Position numbers and translations under genes: made by a program. Below, in pieces: positions 42,318 to 58,200 of a stretch of DNA of 64,000 nt; position 1 is the first letter of the stretch; each line of letters begins with the position of its first letter. Under the pieces are notes generated by a model. It saw only the letters and a program-made list of their open reading frames with translations. It did no database searches and was not told the DNA's origin. The DNA is from Escherichia coli (GTDB lineage: Bacteria; Pseudomonadota; Gammaproteobacteria; Enterobacterales; Enterobacteriaceae): assembly GCF_003334765.1 (NCBI RefSeq), contig NZ_QOWT01000006.1; one strand, 5' to 3'.

Positions 42318-45300
42318 TTAACCGCTAATCTGCTCCATCGCCTGCAAAATACGCTTATCTGAAATCGGATAAGGCGTACCAAGTTGTTGAGCGAAGTAAC
42401 TAACGCGCAACTCTTCTATCATCCAACGGATCTCTTTCACGTCTTCATCCTCACGACGTGCGGGCGGCAGTTTGTTGATCCATTGCTGCCACGCCTGCTG
42501 GACGTTTTCGACTTTCAGCATCTGCGCACGGTCGCGATGTGGATCAACCGCCAGTTTTTCCAGCCGTTTTTCAATCGCCTGCAAATATCGCAGCGTGTCG
42601 CCCAGCCGTTTGAAGCCGTTACCAGTGACAAAACCGCGATATACCAACCCGCCCATCTGCGCTTTAATGTCAGAAAGCCCCAGCGCCATGGTCATATCCA
42701 CCCGCCCTTTCAGACGTTTGTTGATATTGAACACTGCCGTAAGGATTTGCTCGACCTGCTTCGCAATATCCACCACCGTGTCGTTCAGTTCGGCACGCAC
42801 TTTTTCATGCAGCGCAGCAAAGCCTTCTTCCGTCCAGACCGGGCCACCATTGGCGTCGATCAATTTATCCACACCGCAGGAGATACAGTCGTCGATCAGC
42901 TCCAGCACTTTGCCATACGGGTTAAAGTACAGTCCCAGCTTGGCTTTGTTCGGTAACTTTTCATGTAAATATTTGATTGGCGATGGAATATTCAGCAGCA
43001 GTAGACGGCGAAGACCGTTCCACATTGCCTGCTTTTGCTCCAGCGGGTTATCAAACAGTTTGATCGCCACACTGTCGCGCTCATCCACCAGCGCCGGCCA
43101 CGCCTTCACTTTGTAGTTGCCACGCTTCTGTTCGTAGCTTTCCGGCAGCTGACCAAAACTCCAGATATGTAAGCCGCTCTGCTCGATACCGTCATCCGCC
43201 ACCGCAGATAGCGTTTCCTGCACTTTGCCTTTCAGCGCATCTTTCAGATCTTGTAGCGAGCGCCCTTCTTTTAGCTTCTTGTTTTTGTCATCCACCACGC
43301 GGAAGGTAATTTTCAGGTGATCGGGCACCTGATCCCAGTGCCAGTCTTCGCGGTCAACGGTAACGCCGGTCATCCGCCGTAACTCGCGCTCAAGGCTGTC
43401 GAGCAACGGTAACTCCAGCGGTTTGACGCGGCCTAAAAACGCTTCGGCATAGTTTGGCGCGGGTACAAAATTACGGCGTACCGGTTTCGGCAACGATTTA
43501 ATCAGAGCAATCACCAGTTCGCGGCGCAGACCGGGGATCTGCCATTCAAACCCGCTTTCCTCAACCTGGTTAAGTAACGGCAGCGGAATATGTACGGTCA
43601 CACCGTCAGCATCCGCGCCGGGCTCAAACTGATAGCTCAAACGCAGCTTGAGATTGCCCTGATGCCAGAAGTTCGGGTAATCCAGCTTGCTGATTTTTTC
43701 TGCGCCCTCTTTGATCAACATGCTTTTTTCAAAGTTGAGCAAATCAGGCGTTTCGCGGCTGACTTTTTTCCACCAGCTGTCGAAGTGGCGAGCGGAGATT
43801 ACATCGTGGCTGATGCGCTGGTCGTAGAACTCAAACAACGTTTCGTCATCAACCAGAATATCGCGGCGACGTGATTTGTGTTCCAGCTCTTCTACTTCCG
43901 CCCGTAGTTTCAGGTTTTCACGGAAGAATGCGTGACGCGTCTGCCAGTCACCTTCCACCAGCGCGTGGCGAATAAAGAGTTCACGACATAACGCCGGATC
44001 GATCTGGCTGTAGTTGACCTTGCGCGCGGCAACAATCGGCAAACCATAAACAGTGACTTTTTCCGTTGCCATCACCGCGCCCTGCGCCCGTTCCCAGTGC
44101 GGTTCGCTGTAGGTGCGTTTAATCAAATGCTGAGCAACTGGCTCCACCCATTCCGGGTCGATACGCGCAGCAATGCGCCCCCACAGGCGGCTGGTTTCTA
44201 CCAGTTCCGCCACCATTACCCATTTAGGCGGTTTTTTGAATAAACCAGAACCGGGGAAGATGGAGAAACGCGCGTTACGTGCGCCGGTATATTCTTGTTT
44301 ATCGGCATCTTTCATGCCGATATGGGAAAGTAAACCGGTCAGCAACGCAATGTGAATTTCGCGATACTCCGCCGGTTCGCTGTTAACCGGAATGCCAAGT
44401 TCTTTCACCACCTGACGCAACTGGGTGTAGATATCCTGCCATTCGCGCACGCGCAGATAGTTGAGATAATCGGTACGACACAGGCGACGGAAGGCGTTGG
44501 AAGAAAGCGCCTTTTGCTGCTCGCCAAGATAATTCCACAGATTCACAAACGCGAGAAAGTCAGACTCTTTGTCGTGGAAGCGACGATGTTTTTCGTCCGA
44601 TGCCTGCTGTTTGTCCATCGGACGTTCGCGCGGATCCTGAATGGAGAGCGCGGACGTGATAATCATCGCCTCACGCACGCAGCCATGTTTTTGCGCTTCC
44701 AGCACCATACGCGCCAGACGTGGGTCGACAGGCAACTGCGAGAGCTGGCGACCGAGCGGCGTCAGTTTATAGGCGCTGGCCTGTTCATCAGTGGTGATCG
44801 CGCCCAGCTCTTCGAGCAGACGCACGCCATCCTGGATATTGCGTTTATCCGGTGCTTCGACAAACGGGAACGCAGCGATATCGCCCAGCCCCAGCGCGGT
44901 CATCTGCAAAATAACCGAGGCCAGGTTGGTACGCAGAATCTCCGGATCGGTAAACTCCGGGCGCGAGAGGAAATCGTCTTCGGAATAGAGACGAATACAG
45001 ATCCCTTCGGACACACGACCACAGCGGCCTTTACGCTGATTGGCAGACGCCTGGGAAATCGGCTCAATCGGCAAACGCTGCACTTTGGTGCGATAGCTGT
45101 AGCGGCTGATACGCGCTGTACCGGGGTCGATAACGTATTTAATCCCCGGTACGGTCAGCGACGTTTCCGCGACGTTGGTCGCCAGCACAATGCGCCGTCC
45201 GCTGTGCGACTGGAATACCCTATTTTGTTCGCTGTTCGAAAGCCGCGCATAAAGCGGCAAGATTTCGGTATGGCGTAAGTTCAGCTTGTTCAGCGCATCG

Positions 45301-46220
45301 GCGGTATCGCGGATTTCCCGCTCGCCGCTCATAAAGATCAGAATGTCGCCATGGCTTTCCTGACTCAGTTCGTCTACGGCGTCAAAAATCGCCTGCAACT
45401 GATCGCGCTCGGTGTCATCGGCTTCTTCAACAATCGGGCGATAGCGCACTTCCACCGGATAGGTCCGACCGGAGACTTCAATAATCGGCGCATTATTAAA
45501 GTGGCGCGAAAAGCGTTCCGGGTCGATAGTCGCGGAAGTGATAATGATTTTTAGGTCAGGACGCCGCGGCAGCAACTCTTTCAAATAGCCGAGCAAAAAA
45601 TCGATATTCAGGCTGCGTTCGTGCGCTTCGTCAATAATGATAGTGTCGTACTGCATCAGCAGGCGGTCTTGCTGGATCTCCGCCAGCAGGATACCGTCGG
45701 TCATCAGCTTGACCATCGTGTTATCACTTACGTGATCGCTGAAACGCACTTTGTAACCGATGCAACCGCCCGGCTCCGTTTTCAGCTCTTCCGCAATACG
45801 GTTCGCCACTGTTCTTGCCGCCAGACGACGCGGCTGGGTATGGCCGATCAGTCCTTTAATCCCGCGCCCCAGCTCCATACAGATTTTCGGTAACTGAGTC
45901 GTTTTACCAGAACCCGTTTCCCCGGCGACGATCACCACCTGGTGATCACGAATCGCTTCGAGAATGTCCTGTTTTTTCTGACTAACCGGTAAATTGTCAG
46001 GATAAGTAATTTCCGGTCGTGCCGCTTCACGCAGCAGGACTTTCCCTGCCGCCTGGTCAATCTCTTTCGCCATCTCCTGGAAAATGGCCTGTTGTGCATC
46101 AGGATTTTTAACCTTCTTCACGCCGTGCAGACGGCGAGAAAAACGCAGTCTGTCACGCAGCATCAGCGAATCCAGCCGCTGCTGCAAGGCCGTAAAGGTC
46201 AATTTTTGTTGTTCTGTCAT
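42318..46220 (-). CDS. hrpA: ATP-dependent DEAH-box RNA helicase
   Basis: 1300-aa ORF with Walker A GETGSGKTTQLP, DEAH box (IIIDEAHERS) and helicase C-terminal domains. Confidence 0.9.
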   Translation of the reverse strand: MTEQQKLTFTALQQRLDSLMLRDRLRFSRRLHGVKKVKNPDAQQAIFQEMAKEIDQAAGKVLLREAARPEITYPDNLPVSQKKQDILEAIRDHQVVIVAGETGSGKTTQLPKICMELGRGIKGLIGHTQPRRLAARTVANRIAEELKTEPGGCIGYKVRFSDHVSDNTMVKLMTDGILLAEIQQDRLLMQYDTIIIDEAHERSLNIDFLLGYLKELLPRRPDLKIIITSATIDPERFSRHFNNAPIIEVSGRTYPVEVRYRPIVEEADDTERDQLQAIFDAVDELSQESHGDILIFMSGEREIRDTADALNKLNLRHTEILPLYARLSNSEQNRVFQSHSGRRIVLATNVAETSLTVPGIKYVIDPGTARISRYSYRTKVQRLPIEPISQASANQRKGRCGRVSEGICIRLYSEDDFLSRPEFTDPEILRTNLASVILQMTALGLGDIAAFPFVEAPDKRNIQDGVRLLEELGAITTDEQASAYKLTPLGRQLSQLPVDPRLARMVLEAQKHGCVREAMIITSALSIQDPRERPMDKQQASDEKHRRFHDKESDFLAFVNLWNYLGEQQKALSSNAFRRLCRTDYLNYLRVREWQDIYTQLRQVVKELGIPVNSEPAEYREIHIALLTGLLSHIGMKDADKQEYTGARNARFSIFPGSGLFKKPPKWVMVAELVETSRLWGRIAARIDPEWVEPVAQHLIKRTYSEPHWERAQGAVMATEKVTVYGLPIVAARKVNYSQIDPALCRELFIRHALVEGDWQTRHAFFRENLKLRAEVEELEHKSRRRDILVDDETLFEFYDQRISHDVISARHFDSWWKKVSRETPDLLNFEKSMLIKEGAEKISKLDYPNFWHQGNLKLRLSYQFEPGADADGVTVHIPLPLLNQVEESGFEWQIPGLRRELVIALIKSLPKPVRRNFVPAPNYAEAFLGRVKPLELPLLDSLERELRRMTGVTVDREDWHWDQVPDHLKITFRVVDDKNKKLKEGRSLQDLKDALKGKVQETLSAVADDGIEQSGLHIWSFGQLPESYEQKRGNYKVKAWPALVDERDSVAIKLFDNPLEQKQAMWNGLRRLLLLNIPSPIKYLHEKLPNKAKLGLYFNPYGKVLELIDDCISCGVDKLIDANGGPVWTEEGFAALHEKVRAELNDTVVDIAKQVEQILTAVFNINKRLKGRVDMTMALGLSDIKAQMGGLVYRGFVTGNGFKRLGDTLRYLQAIEKRLEKLAVDPHRDRAQMLKVENVQQAWQQWINKLPPARREDEDVKEIRWMIEELRVSYFAQQLGTPYPISDKRILQAMEQISG

Positions 46221-46411
46221 AACGTTAGTGGGCAGTAGTCTGCCTGATTAATTTTCTTTTAAATGATAGATATAGAGTACCACATCGCGGCTTTCTATGC
46301 GTTGTTCAATAAATTCGAACATAGGCTTCGATTTATTGCGCTATCTCTGTGGCAGGATTGTGAATAAAGTGTCAACAAGCAACGGGGCATCGCCCATTCA
46401 AACATCTATAA

Positions 46412-47026
<615 letters not shown>

Positions 47027-47079
47027 CCGGACACGGTCTTGATGTGGACTGTAGATATTCAGTCCACATCTCAATCCAC

Positions 47080-50143
<3,064 letters not shown>

Positions 50144-50158
50144 TTTCTCTATTTTCCT

Positions 50159-51055
50159 TCAGTAACAGCAGTAGCGTATAAAATAAAAAAATACCGGAGC
50201 GGTGAAAATTAATGAGTCAATCCTGTCAAGGAGTCCGCCATGTCCTGGCAATAGTTTTCCGCTATCTTTAACACCAATATCTCGTTTGATGGCTGACATC
50301 ACGACATCGCCGCAAAAACCACTAATACCAATTAACAAACCCGCTAATAATGCCTGTAATGTATTTAGCGGTGTCAGTAACGGTCCGATAATCAGTGACG
50401 CAATCATGATGGTGATGACGCCGCCCATCAGACCTTCCAATGTTTTTCCCGGGCTGACTTTAGGGACCACTTTTCTTCTGCCGCAGGATTTTCCCCATAA
50501 ATACTGTGCAATATCGTTTGACTCGGTTAATGCCAAAAGAAATAACACCAGTAACGCCCCGCCCTGGATATTTGTGGTTGGCAACATTAATAACCAGGCG
50601 GCATGACTCAAGGCGAAAACGGTCATTATCCAGCCCCAAAAAATGGCGCTCACGGTATGCAGAAAACCAGAGGGGTCACCCACTAAAACTTGCCCGGTGG
50701 CTAATATCAGAAACCCAGCCAAAGGTATAAATAACAGAAACAGCTCAAAGCAATTAAAACCGATAAGCAAATAGTTAAGAGGAATACCCCAATATAACCA
50801 ACGCGGAAAATGTACAGATATAAGCGTACAATATTCTTTCAATGCCAGAAAACTTATCAGCGCAAAAAACGTCAACGTCATCCAGCGTGGACCTGAAATC
50901 ACCATTGAAAAACAAATGACGATGCCCCACCAGGTACGAATACGTAATGTAACCTCACCCCCTTTTCTCTCCGGTAACCGCCATAGCAGAAAACGGTTTA
51001 TCAGCGTTGCTAAAATTAACAACGCGAAAAGTGTTGCCAGAGATTTTTCCAGCAT
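50159..51055 (-). CDS. ynbB: CDP-diglyceride synthetase (CdsA) paralogue
   Basis: 298-aa multi-TM ORF with C-terminal CTP-transferase signature region (KRDIGVKDSGKLLPGHGGLLDRIDS). Confidence 0.8.
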   Translation of the reverse strand: MLEKSLATLFALLILATLINRFLLWRLPERKGGEVTLRIRTWWGIVICFSMVISGPRWMTLTFFALISFLALKEYCTLISVHFPRWLYWGIPLNYLLIGFNCFELFLLFIPLAGFLILATGQVLVGDPSGFLHTVSAIFWGWIMTVFALSHAAWLLMLPTTNIQGGALLVLFLLALTESNDIAQYLWGKSCGRRKVVPKVSPGKTLEGLMGGVITIMIASLIIGPLLTPLNTLQALLAGLLIGISGFCGDVVMSAIKRDIGVKDSGKLLPGHGGLLDRIDSLIFTAPVFFYFIRYCCY

Positions 51056-51666
51056 TATATTTCAGCGCTCATAAGAAGCACACTCCGACAACGATTAATC
51101 GCAGTCCAGAGAAGCAGAATTGAAGCAATGCTCCATAAAAGATTATTCCACTGCATCCACTGTGGATAAATGGCAACGGCCAGACCCCACAGACCAAATA
51201 TTAACGCGCGATCGCTTTTGCCAAATGGACCGGCATAACTGCGAACACCGTTAATCGTCTGCGCGAGTAAACCGCAAAACTCGGTCAATATGGTGCAAAA
51301 TAACATGAGTATCACGAGTGATGCGTTACTTTCCGGTAAAAATAAAAATGGTAAATAGAGCGCAATATCGGAAATAACATCGCCAGTCTCATTCAAAATC
51401 GCCCCCAGACGTGTTTGCTGGTTGCACTCACGCGCCAACATGCCATCCAGCGCATTGAGCGCCATACGGATAAAAAGCACGATGGGCAATAGCAAAAAGA
51501 GGATGGGTTGTGCCGCCAACATCAACAGCAATCCGGTAAGAAGAGAAAGCGCCAGTGCAGCAAGAGTGATGTGATTCGCTGTAACGTGGTGCTTATAAAG
51601 CCAAAACATCGTCGGCCTTAACAGCGACTGAAAGAGCGGTTTTATCTGGTAGAGCGTCATTATCAA
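51055..51666 (-). CDS. ynbA: CDP-alcohol phosphatidyltransferase-family membrane enzyme
   Basis: 203-aa ORF with motif DGMLARECNQQTRLGAILNETGDVISD (D-G-x2-A-R...G-x3-D-x3-D); its stop overlaps the ynbB start by 1 nt. Confidence 0.8.
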   Translation of the reverse strand: MIMTLYQIKPLFQSLLRPTMFWLYKHHVTANHITLAALALSLLTGLLLMLAAQPILFLLLPIVLFIRMALNALDGMLARECNQQTRLGAILNETGDVISDIALYLPFLFLPESNASLVILMLFCTILTEFCGLLAQTINGVRSYAGPFGKSDRALIFGLWGLAVAIYPQWMQWNNLLWSIASILLLWTAINRCRSVLLMSAEI

Positions 51667-51830
51667 TCCTTGATAATTCGGTTTGCGCTATGGTGCATCA
51701 ATTCCCCTGACGGAGATATCGCAACACGCCGTTTCATTAAAAATTCAGAATATATCAAGGTATTGGGGACTCACTGTCAGGAATGATTATCCCCAATTAA
51801 TCAGATAGTTAAAAAACATTACGTTGTGGA

Positions 51831-54143
51831 TCAATACAACTCATCAAGTTTTCTCATCGCTTGTTCCCGTATTGCGCGCGTCTTACCGTTAAGCGCCAGC
51901 TGGCGGACTAAATCCAGTTCAGGGTTAACAAGCTCTAACGCCAGCAAAGGATCACGTTTCAGCCTCGCCTTTAATACATCAACTGGAAAACGGGGATTAT
52001 TCATCGCCACAATCCACCACTCGGGATCAATTTCTGCCGCCAGTACTGCAGGCGGTGTGTGGCGGTTGTTAAGTGCGCCGAACTTGAAAAATGTGAGATT
52101 GCTTTTCGCCAGTGTACTCCACCATATACGATCCGGTTGTTTTGCCAGTACATCCAGTTGTGCTAACGCATCGGGGTCTAGTGCATAATAAACACGTAAC
52201 GCTTCGTCAACCTGCGCACGGGAACTGTTTTCCTGCCTCAGAAAAAACTTCGCCCAAATATCATTGCGTGGCGTGTTTTGCTGTAATTCCTTGAGAACAA
52301 CAGCGGGTAAATTATCCCAACTAATTAATGCACTCTCTAAAAAGTCCCAGTCGTCCGAACGTATCAGGGCGGTGGCATTTAATAGCATCTGGTCATCAAC
52401 TTCGCCGTGGCTAATCAGCTCAGACAAAATCATATCAGCGCTGGTTTCATATGCATCTGAATCTGCTTTCGGATTATTTTTCCGATGCGATAAAGCACGT
52501 TGCCAAATTTTTTGTTTCATCGACGTGCTCAGATACTGATTTTTCGCCAGATTACTCCACCCTTCAGGATCGTTGAAACGTGTCAATAACCGTTGTAAAG
52601 CAGCGTCAGAGTGAATTACCTGCATATCCCGACAGCAAAAGTAGGCCGGGGATTTTTTCTCCATCCTTTTAACAAAATTAAACTGTAAGTTATCTGGCAA
52701 TGCTAAAAATAACACACGTATTAGATCATCGTCATTCTCGAATTTTTGGTATAAATAGCCTGCAACTTTGTCACTCTCTTGTGGCGTCATCCGCAACAAT
52801 TGACCATGGTGTTTCATCTCTGCCAGCTTGAACGCTAAGCTTGTGACAACATTGTTTGATGAATCGTTCGCCAACTGCATTGCCTGATTGTAGGTGAGTT
52901 GTCCTCCAGCACCGACCTGACGAATAGAGGAATCATCACTGCGGATATAGCCATCAATAATGGATTCAGGCAATAACCACGCATCTTTATAAAGCTCCTG
53001 AATGATCATATCCCAATCTCTTTTCGCCAGAGTCATGACGATATCCAGAGGGAGATTTTCACGTAGCGCAAGATTCAACGGACCGACACCATCAGGTAGA
53101 CGACTCATTCGCGTCATTATTTCGACAGAGAGCGGTTCACGGTCGAGCAACCCCAGAACAACAGGCTGGTAACCCAATTGCTGATCGGTCAACTCCAGAA
53201 TCTCATTGTCAGGCATATATCTCGCCATACTTTCAATCGTTTGTTCATCATTGCTATTAATAAGTTGTTTGCGTAGGTTAGCTGAAATTCCTTTAAGCCT
53301 TGGGAGAGTTCGCATTACGGCAAGATCAAATGTCGCAATGTCTCGTCCTTCAAATGCAGCAACTTTGCCTTCATCCAGCATTTGCAATTCTTGCACTAAC
53401 TCAGGAGAAGGCTTAGGGCGAAACAGCGCTTCTTTTTTCATCTGATTACAGACATTCCCTGCCATGCGAATATTGCTTCGCTTAAAAATTTCTTTCAGAG
53501 CATCTTCATCATTAATTAGCCCCCAATAATATGCATCAGGATTTATTATCATCAGCGCTTTTTTGACATTTTCAGTGTCATGTTTGTCACTCGCACGGAC
53601 CATGAATTCACTATTTGTCGAAGACGCAACAACAGGTGCAATTATGTCATTGATAAATATCCCACGCGCATTAATACTCCCCTTAATCGTAGACGGATTA
53701 TCGTAATATGAGTCGATAAATACCAGTCCACTTGCATTTATCGAACCGGTAATTAACAGTGGTGAATCCGCAACTATATTCGTTGCCGTCACGTTACCGA
53801 GAATAACCCATGGATTAGAAAGAGAGAAAGTGGAAATATTACCTTTGACTGTCAAATTCCCAAGAACAATCAATTTTTGATTACTCTCTATATTACCTTC
53901 TACCACTAAATCGCCACGATGCACTTTCCAGTTCGATGCAGATAAACCGAAGGGGACAAGATTCACGCTACTGTTGATAGCTTGTTCAACTTGTTGTTTA
54001 TCTTCAGCGGTAGCCGCAGAAAAAAATGATTCAATATCAACTGCATTTGCAACACATCGAAGTTCCGCCTGTACTGGTAGACTCAGCATAAACAGGGGCA
54101 GTAAACGTATCCAGCCGCAATTCCTGGCCTTAAACATATGCAC
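51831..54143 (-). CDS. ydbD: large secreted protein of unknown function
   Basis: 770-aa ORF with a signal peptide (MHMFKARNCGWIRLLPLFMLSLPVQA). Confidence 0.75.
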   Translation of the reverse strand: MHMFKARNCGWIRLLPLFMLSLPVQAELRCVANAVDIESFFSAATAEDKQQVEQAINSSVNLVPFGLSASNWKVHRGDLVVEGNIESNQKLIVLGNLTVKGNISTFSLSNPWVILGNVTATNIVADSPLLITGSINASGLVFIDSYYDNPSTIKGSINARGIFINDIIAPVVASSTNSEFMVRASDKHDTENVKKALMIINPDAYYWGLINDEDALKEIFKRSNIRMAGNVCNQMKKEALFRPKPSPELVQELQMLDEGKVAAFEGRDIATFDLAVMRTLPRLKGISANLRKQLINSNDEQTIESMARYMPDNEILELTDQQLGYQPVVLGLLDREPLSVEIMTRMSRLPDGVGPLNLALRENLPLDIVMTLAKRDWDMIIQELYKDAWLLPESIIDGYIRSDDSSIRQVGAGGQLTYNQAMQLANDSSNNVVTSLAFKLAEMKHHGQLLRMTPQESDKVAGYLYQKFENDDDLIRVLFLALPDNLQFNFVKRMEKKSPAYFCCRDMQVIHSDAALQRLLTRFNDPEGWSNLAKNQYLSTSMKQKIWQRALSHRKNNPKADSDAYETSADMILSELISHGEVDDQMLLNATALIRSDDWDFLESALISWDNLPAVVLKELQQNTPRNDIWAKFFLRQENSSRAQVDEALRVYYALDPDALAQLDVLAKQPDRIWWSTLAKSNLTFFKFGALNNRHTPPAVLAAEIDPEWWIVAMNNPRFPVDVLKARLKRDPLLALELVNPELDLVRQLALNGKTRAIREQAMRKLDELY

Positions 54144-54199
54144 TCCATGCCATTAAAAAAGAAAAAAAGGGAAATGCATCTTTCCCTTTTGTATATTCG

Positions 54200-55060
54200 T
54201 TATTCTCGCGAAATACCATCCAACGTAGACAACACTTCCTCAGAAAGATGCAATTTTTCAGCAGCCATATTCTCCCGTAAATGCGCAACCGAAGACGTCC
54301 CTGGGATCAGCAAAATATTCGGTGAACGCTGTAACAGCCACGCCAGCGCCACCTGCATTGGTGTTGCACCCAGGCTCGCAGCAACATCGGAAAGTGTGGA
54401 CGATTGCAGCGGTGTAAAGCCCCCGAGCGGGAAGAACGGCACGTAGGCAATGCCATCGTGGGCCAAAGCATCAATCATTGCATCATCAGCACGGTGCGCG
54501 ATGTTGTATTCGTTTTGCACACAGACAATTTCGGCAATCTTGCGCGCCTCTGCAACCTGCGTCGGTGTGACGTTGCTCAGGCCAATATGTTTTACCAGGC
54601 CTTGTTGTTGCATCTCTGCCAGCACGGTCAGGCTGGCCTCAATCGATCCTTCCGCTGGGCCATGACCATCCCCCATCATAACGCGCAGGTTAACCACATC
54701 CAGCACGTCCAGCCCGAGATTACGTAGATTATCGTGCACCGCTTTTTGCAGCTCTGCCGGAGAAAATGCGGGCAACCAGGATGCGTCCTCTCCACGCCGC
54801 GCACCAATTTTAGTGACAATTGTCAGGTCGTCAGAGTAAGGATAAAGCGCTTCGCGGATAATCTGATTGGTGACGTGCGGACCATAAAAGTCGCTGGTAT
54901 CAATATGATTGACGCCCAATGCCAGCGCCTCACGCAGCACGGTTATAGCGACGTGGCGATCTCGTGGGGGGCCAAAAACTCCAGGACCTGCCAGTTGCAT
55001 CGCGCCATAACCAAGACGGTTAACGGATTTTGTACCGAGAGTAAATGTATTGCTGCTCAT
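54200..55060 (-). CDS. ydbC: NAD(P)-dependent aldo-keto reductase
   Basis: 286-aa ORF with an AKR fold (MSSNTFTLGTKSVNRLGYGAMQLAG...). Confidence 0.85.
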   Translation of the reverse strand: MSSNTFTLGTKSVNRLGYGAMQLAGPGVFGPPRDRHVAITVLREALALGVNHIDTSDFYGPHVTNQIIREALYPYSDDLTIVTKIGARRGEDASWLPAFSPAELQKAVHDNLRNLGLDVLDVVNLRVMMGDGHGPAEGSIEASLTVLAEMQQQGLVKHIGLSNVTPTQVAEARKIAEIVCVQNEYNIAHRADDAMIDALAHDGIAYVPFFPLGGFTPLQSSTLSDVAASLGATPMQVALAWLLQRSPNILLIPGTSSVAHLRENMAAEKLHLSEEVLSTLDGISRE

Positions 55061-55210
55061 CGCACCCTGCCCTGTAATAAAACGGATTAAGAAAAATCAG
55101 TATAGAAACGAAAAGAGATAAATAATGCGAAGGTGTAAACAAGATTACTGGATGAGTTGCTCTATTGTCCTGAAAGACACAAAACAAAACGCGTCACGTA
55201 CCACATCCGG

Positions 55211-55246
55211 CAATAAAAAAACCGCAACCTGTATCAGCGTTGCGGT
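55211..55246 (-). terminator. intrinsic terminator after ydbA
   Basis: Hairpin ccgcaac-ctgtatcagcg-ttgcgg followed on the minus strand by TTTTTTT, 22 nt after the ydbA stop. Confidence 0.55.
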
Positions 55247-55267
55247 TTAGGGATCACATGCTAAAAA

Positions 55268-58200
55268 TTAGAACGTTTTCTTGAAGTTCAGCATCACGCC
55301 TTTATCGCTGATGCCATCCTCTTTCCAGTTGTACGCATCCAGATTCAGCGAACTTTCTTTGCTGCTGTACTTCACGCCGACGCTTGTCAGGCTATTGATG
55401 CCGCCGCCCTTCTGACCGTCATCGACGTTAAAGTGCTGACTGCCTGCGCCTGCCAGGCTTGCCGTACGCTGGCTCTTCGCGTAGCTCAGGTTCGGCCCGC
55501 CTTCCAGCGTAGCGCTAGCGCTCCAGCCGTCTTTACCTGCGTAGTCCAGTTTCAGCCCGACGATGCTGTCCACCGCCGTTTCGCTGCCACTGTTCATATT
55601 CAGGTTAAAGTCTCCGGCATTGCGCTCCTGATAGCCACCTTCCAGTGTGTGACGCAGTTTTACACCCGCATATGGCGTAACCTTCAGTCCTTCGCTCGGT
55701 TCGAAAGTCTTCGCCCCTTCGCTGCGGAACTCCAGGTACTGCTGTTTCACGTCGGTATCAGCCGTTTTGTTCGTGTTGCCAAATGCAATCGAGCGGCTGC
55801 TGTCAAGGTTGTGAACGTCGTAACGCAAGGCGTTATTCCAGTTCATGCCGTTATCGAACGACATCTGATGTTTCAGGCCAAAAAACTGGCTATAACCGCC
55901 TGTAACGCCATTATCACCCGCTTTCTGCGCACCATCACCATCGAGACGAGCGATACCGTACTCCAGACTCATCGTCTGGCTTTCGCTCAGGTCGATAGTT
56001 TTACGCAATGCCAGCATGTCGTATTCGGTATTATTACCTAACTCGGCACGCGGATCGCCTTTCGCGACAACGTTGAACGCCAGACCGTTACCCACTTTCG
56101 GCGCGGCATCTGCCAGCATACTAAAGCGGTTGCTTAACACGCGCGCTTCGCGGAATACCGTGGTCGCCTGGCTACCGCTGACCTGTTTCAGAGCACTGTT
56201 CAGTTCAGCAGTCGTGCCGACGTTCAGGCTGGTAAACAGTTCGTTGTTGGTGTAACCCGCATCCAGTGCTTTCGCGATGTCATTCACCGAGGCATCTGTT
56301 GCCACATCGGTGTAGGCATTTTTGCTCATGGTGACGTCAACGTTACCGCTGGCATCGGTGCTGCCTTTGGCAGTCCATACCACGGACGTTGAGGTGATGG
56401 CGTCAGCGTCGGTCAGGTTGCTACCTTCCACTACGTTATCAAAACTCACAGTGGTGTCTGCCGTACCAGCGGTAAAGCCCGTGTTAATCTCCACGCCGTT
56501 CATGCTGGCATTGTTAACCTTCAGCTTCCCGGCGCTGCCGTTAACGTTGGTACCGACGACATAGCCGTTGAGGTTGTTCATGCTGCCACCAGCCTCATCA
56601 CTTCCCGACGTTACACTAACCGTATTGGGCTTCGGCACATCCGGCAACGTATAGTCGCCATAATGCACTTCGCTGCTATTACCGTTGTTACCGTTCATAC
56701 CTTCAACATTGATGCTGTCGCCCTGCTTGATCAGTCCAGAACCCGTAACCCCATCGGCAATCACCACCGTGCCGTTGTTAACCACATGACCTACTGTACC
56801 CAGTACGCTAAATGCAAACGAGTCATTGGCGAAGATATTGATGGTGCCGTTGTTTTCGATTACCGCATCCGCCGTGGCGTTGGCATCGAGTTGCATACCG
56901 ATCATACCCGTGTCAGTAGTGCCTGCGGTACCGAGGTTGATGGTGCCATTGTTAACCAGCTGCGCGTTCTTATCACCTTCCATAGCCACAGCACCGGTGC
57001 CGCTGATGTTCATGATGCCGTCATTCTGGGCAATAAAGTTGCTGTGGGTGACTTTCACGGCACTGGCGCTGTCGTGATCGAAGTTGATGACCCCGTTATC
57101 CTGGTTCCAGAAGAAGGCATTCTGATCGCCGGCATTATTAGCGCTGACTACCAGTGACTTCGCAGAAACATCAATCGTTCCGTCATTGATAAAACGACCA
57201 TTTCCGCCCCACATATTAACGGCTCCGTTGTGGGAAGAATTACTGATGTTCATGTGACCGGTATTATAAAGCGTACCGGACTGGTTGATGTGCACAGCAT
57301 TCTTGTCGTTATCAAGAATAAACTCGCCGCGGTTATTGAAAGCTGAATTATTATTAACTTCCAGCATCCCGGTGTTGTTACCCTCACTACTACTTCCGAG
57401 GTTCCAGGTTCCTTCGTTATTTGCCACTGCAGTACCTGTCAGCGCAGCACCTCTCATAATCGCCCCGTCAGTTTGATTATTAAAGACCCCGCCAGCCGAC
57501 ATCATCCGCCCTGTTACACTGCCACTATTATTGAATACCCCCGCGTTCTGCACGATTTTATTGATGGTTCCGGTGTTGTTCACTAACGAACTATCAGCAC
57601 CAGCATTCATGGTAATTTGCGCAGTCATTTCTCCGGCATTATTGAGGATTCCACCGCTAACATCGACGTTATTCGTCATCACCCCGGCATTTTTAATGAC
57701 GGCACCCTTGTCAAGTTTTACTAAGTTATTGATGATGCCACCGCTGGTATTTTCCAGAAGACCGCTTGATACCGTAATTTGATCACCGGAAAGCGTTCCG
57801 CTATTAACAACATTCCCAGCCAGCTTATCAGTCACAGCAGCAGATTTATTTAGCGTTACAGTTTCTCCGCTTCGTGTAATCGTATCGCCACCGGTATAGA
57901 TCAGTGAGGTGAAATCATCTGTATTATTGTACTCATTCCCCGATTGGCACACGCCGAAAGTGCAGATTGTACCATAGTTAACAATTGTTCCTGTGCCATC
58001 GTTATAAAACGCCTGACCAGTACCAACATTGATATTGATAACACCCGTCTGGTCGTTGATAGCAGTACCATGCTCATAAACAGCCATCCCTACCAGAGTA
58101 TTTGCTGCCAGACTATCGTCATAATTACCATTTTTTTCGAGGTTAATCGTCCCCTGGTTAATAACTGTATTGCTGGCGCCATAGGCCGCCATACCTGCGC

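Noticed and set aside
42384-45278. Plus-strand ORFs within hrpA (42384-42956, 42472-43116, 44352-45278 and others)
   Set aside because: They are antisense to a 1300-aa helicase with clear Walker and DEAH motifs; no independent start signals.
47042-47070. Inverted repeat gatgtggactg/cagtccacatc after azoR as an intrinsic terminator
   Set aside because: The stem is good, but no U-tract follows on either strand; it may still be a stem-loop, but I cannot support a terminator call.
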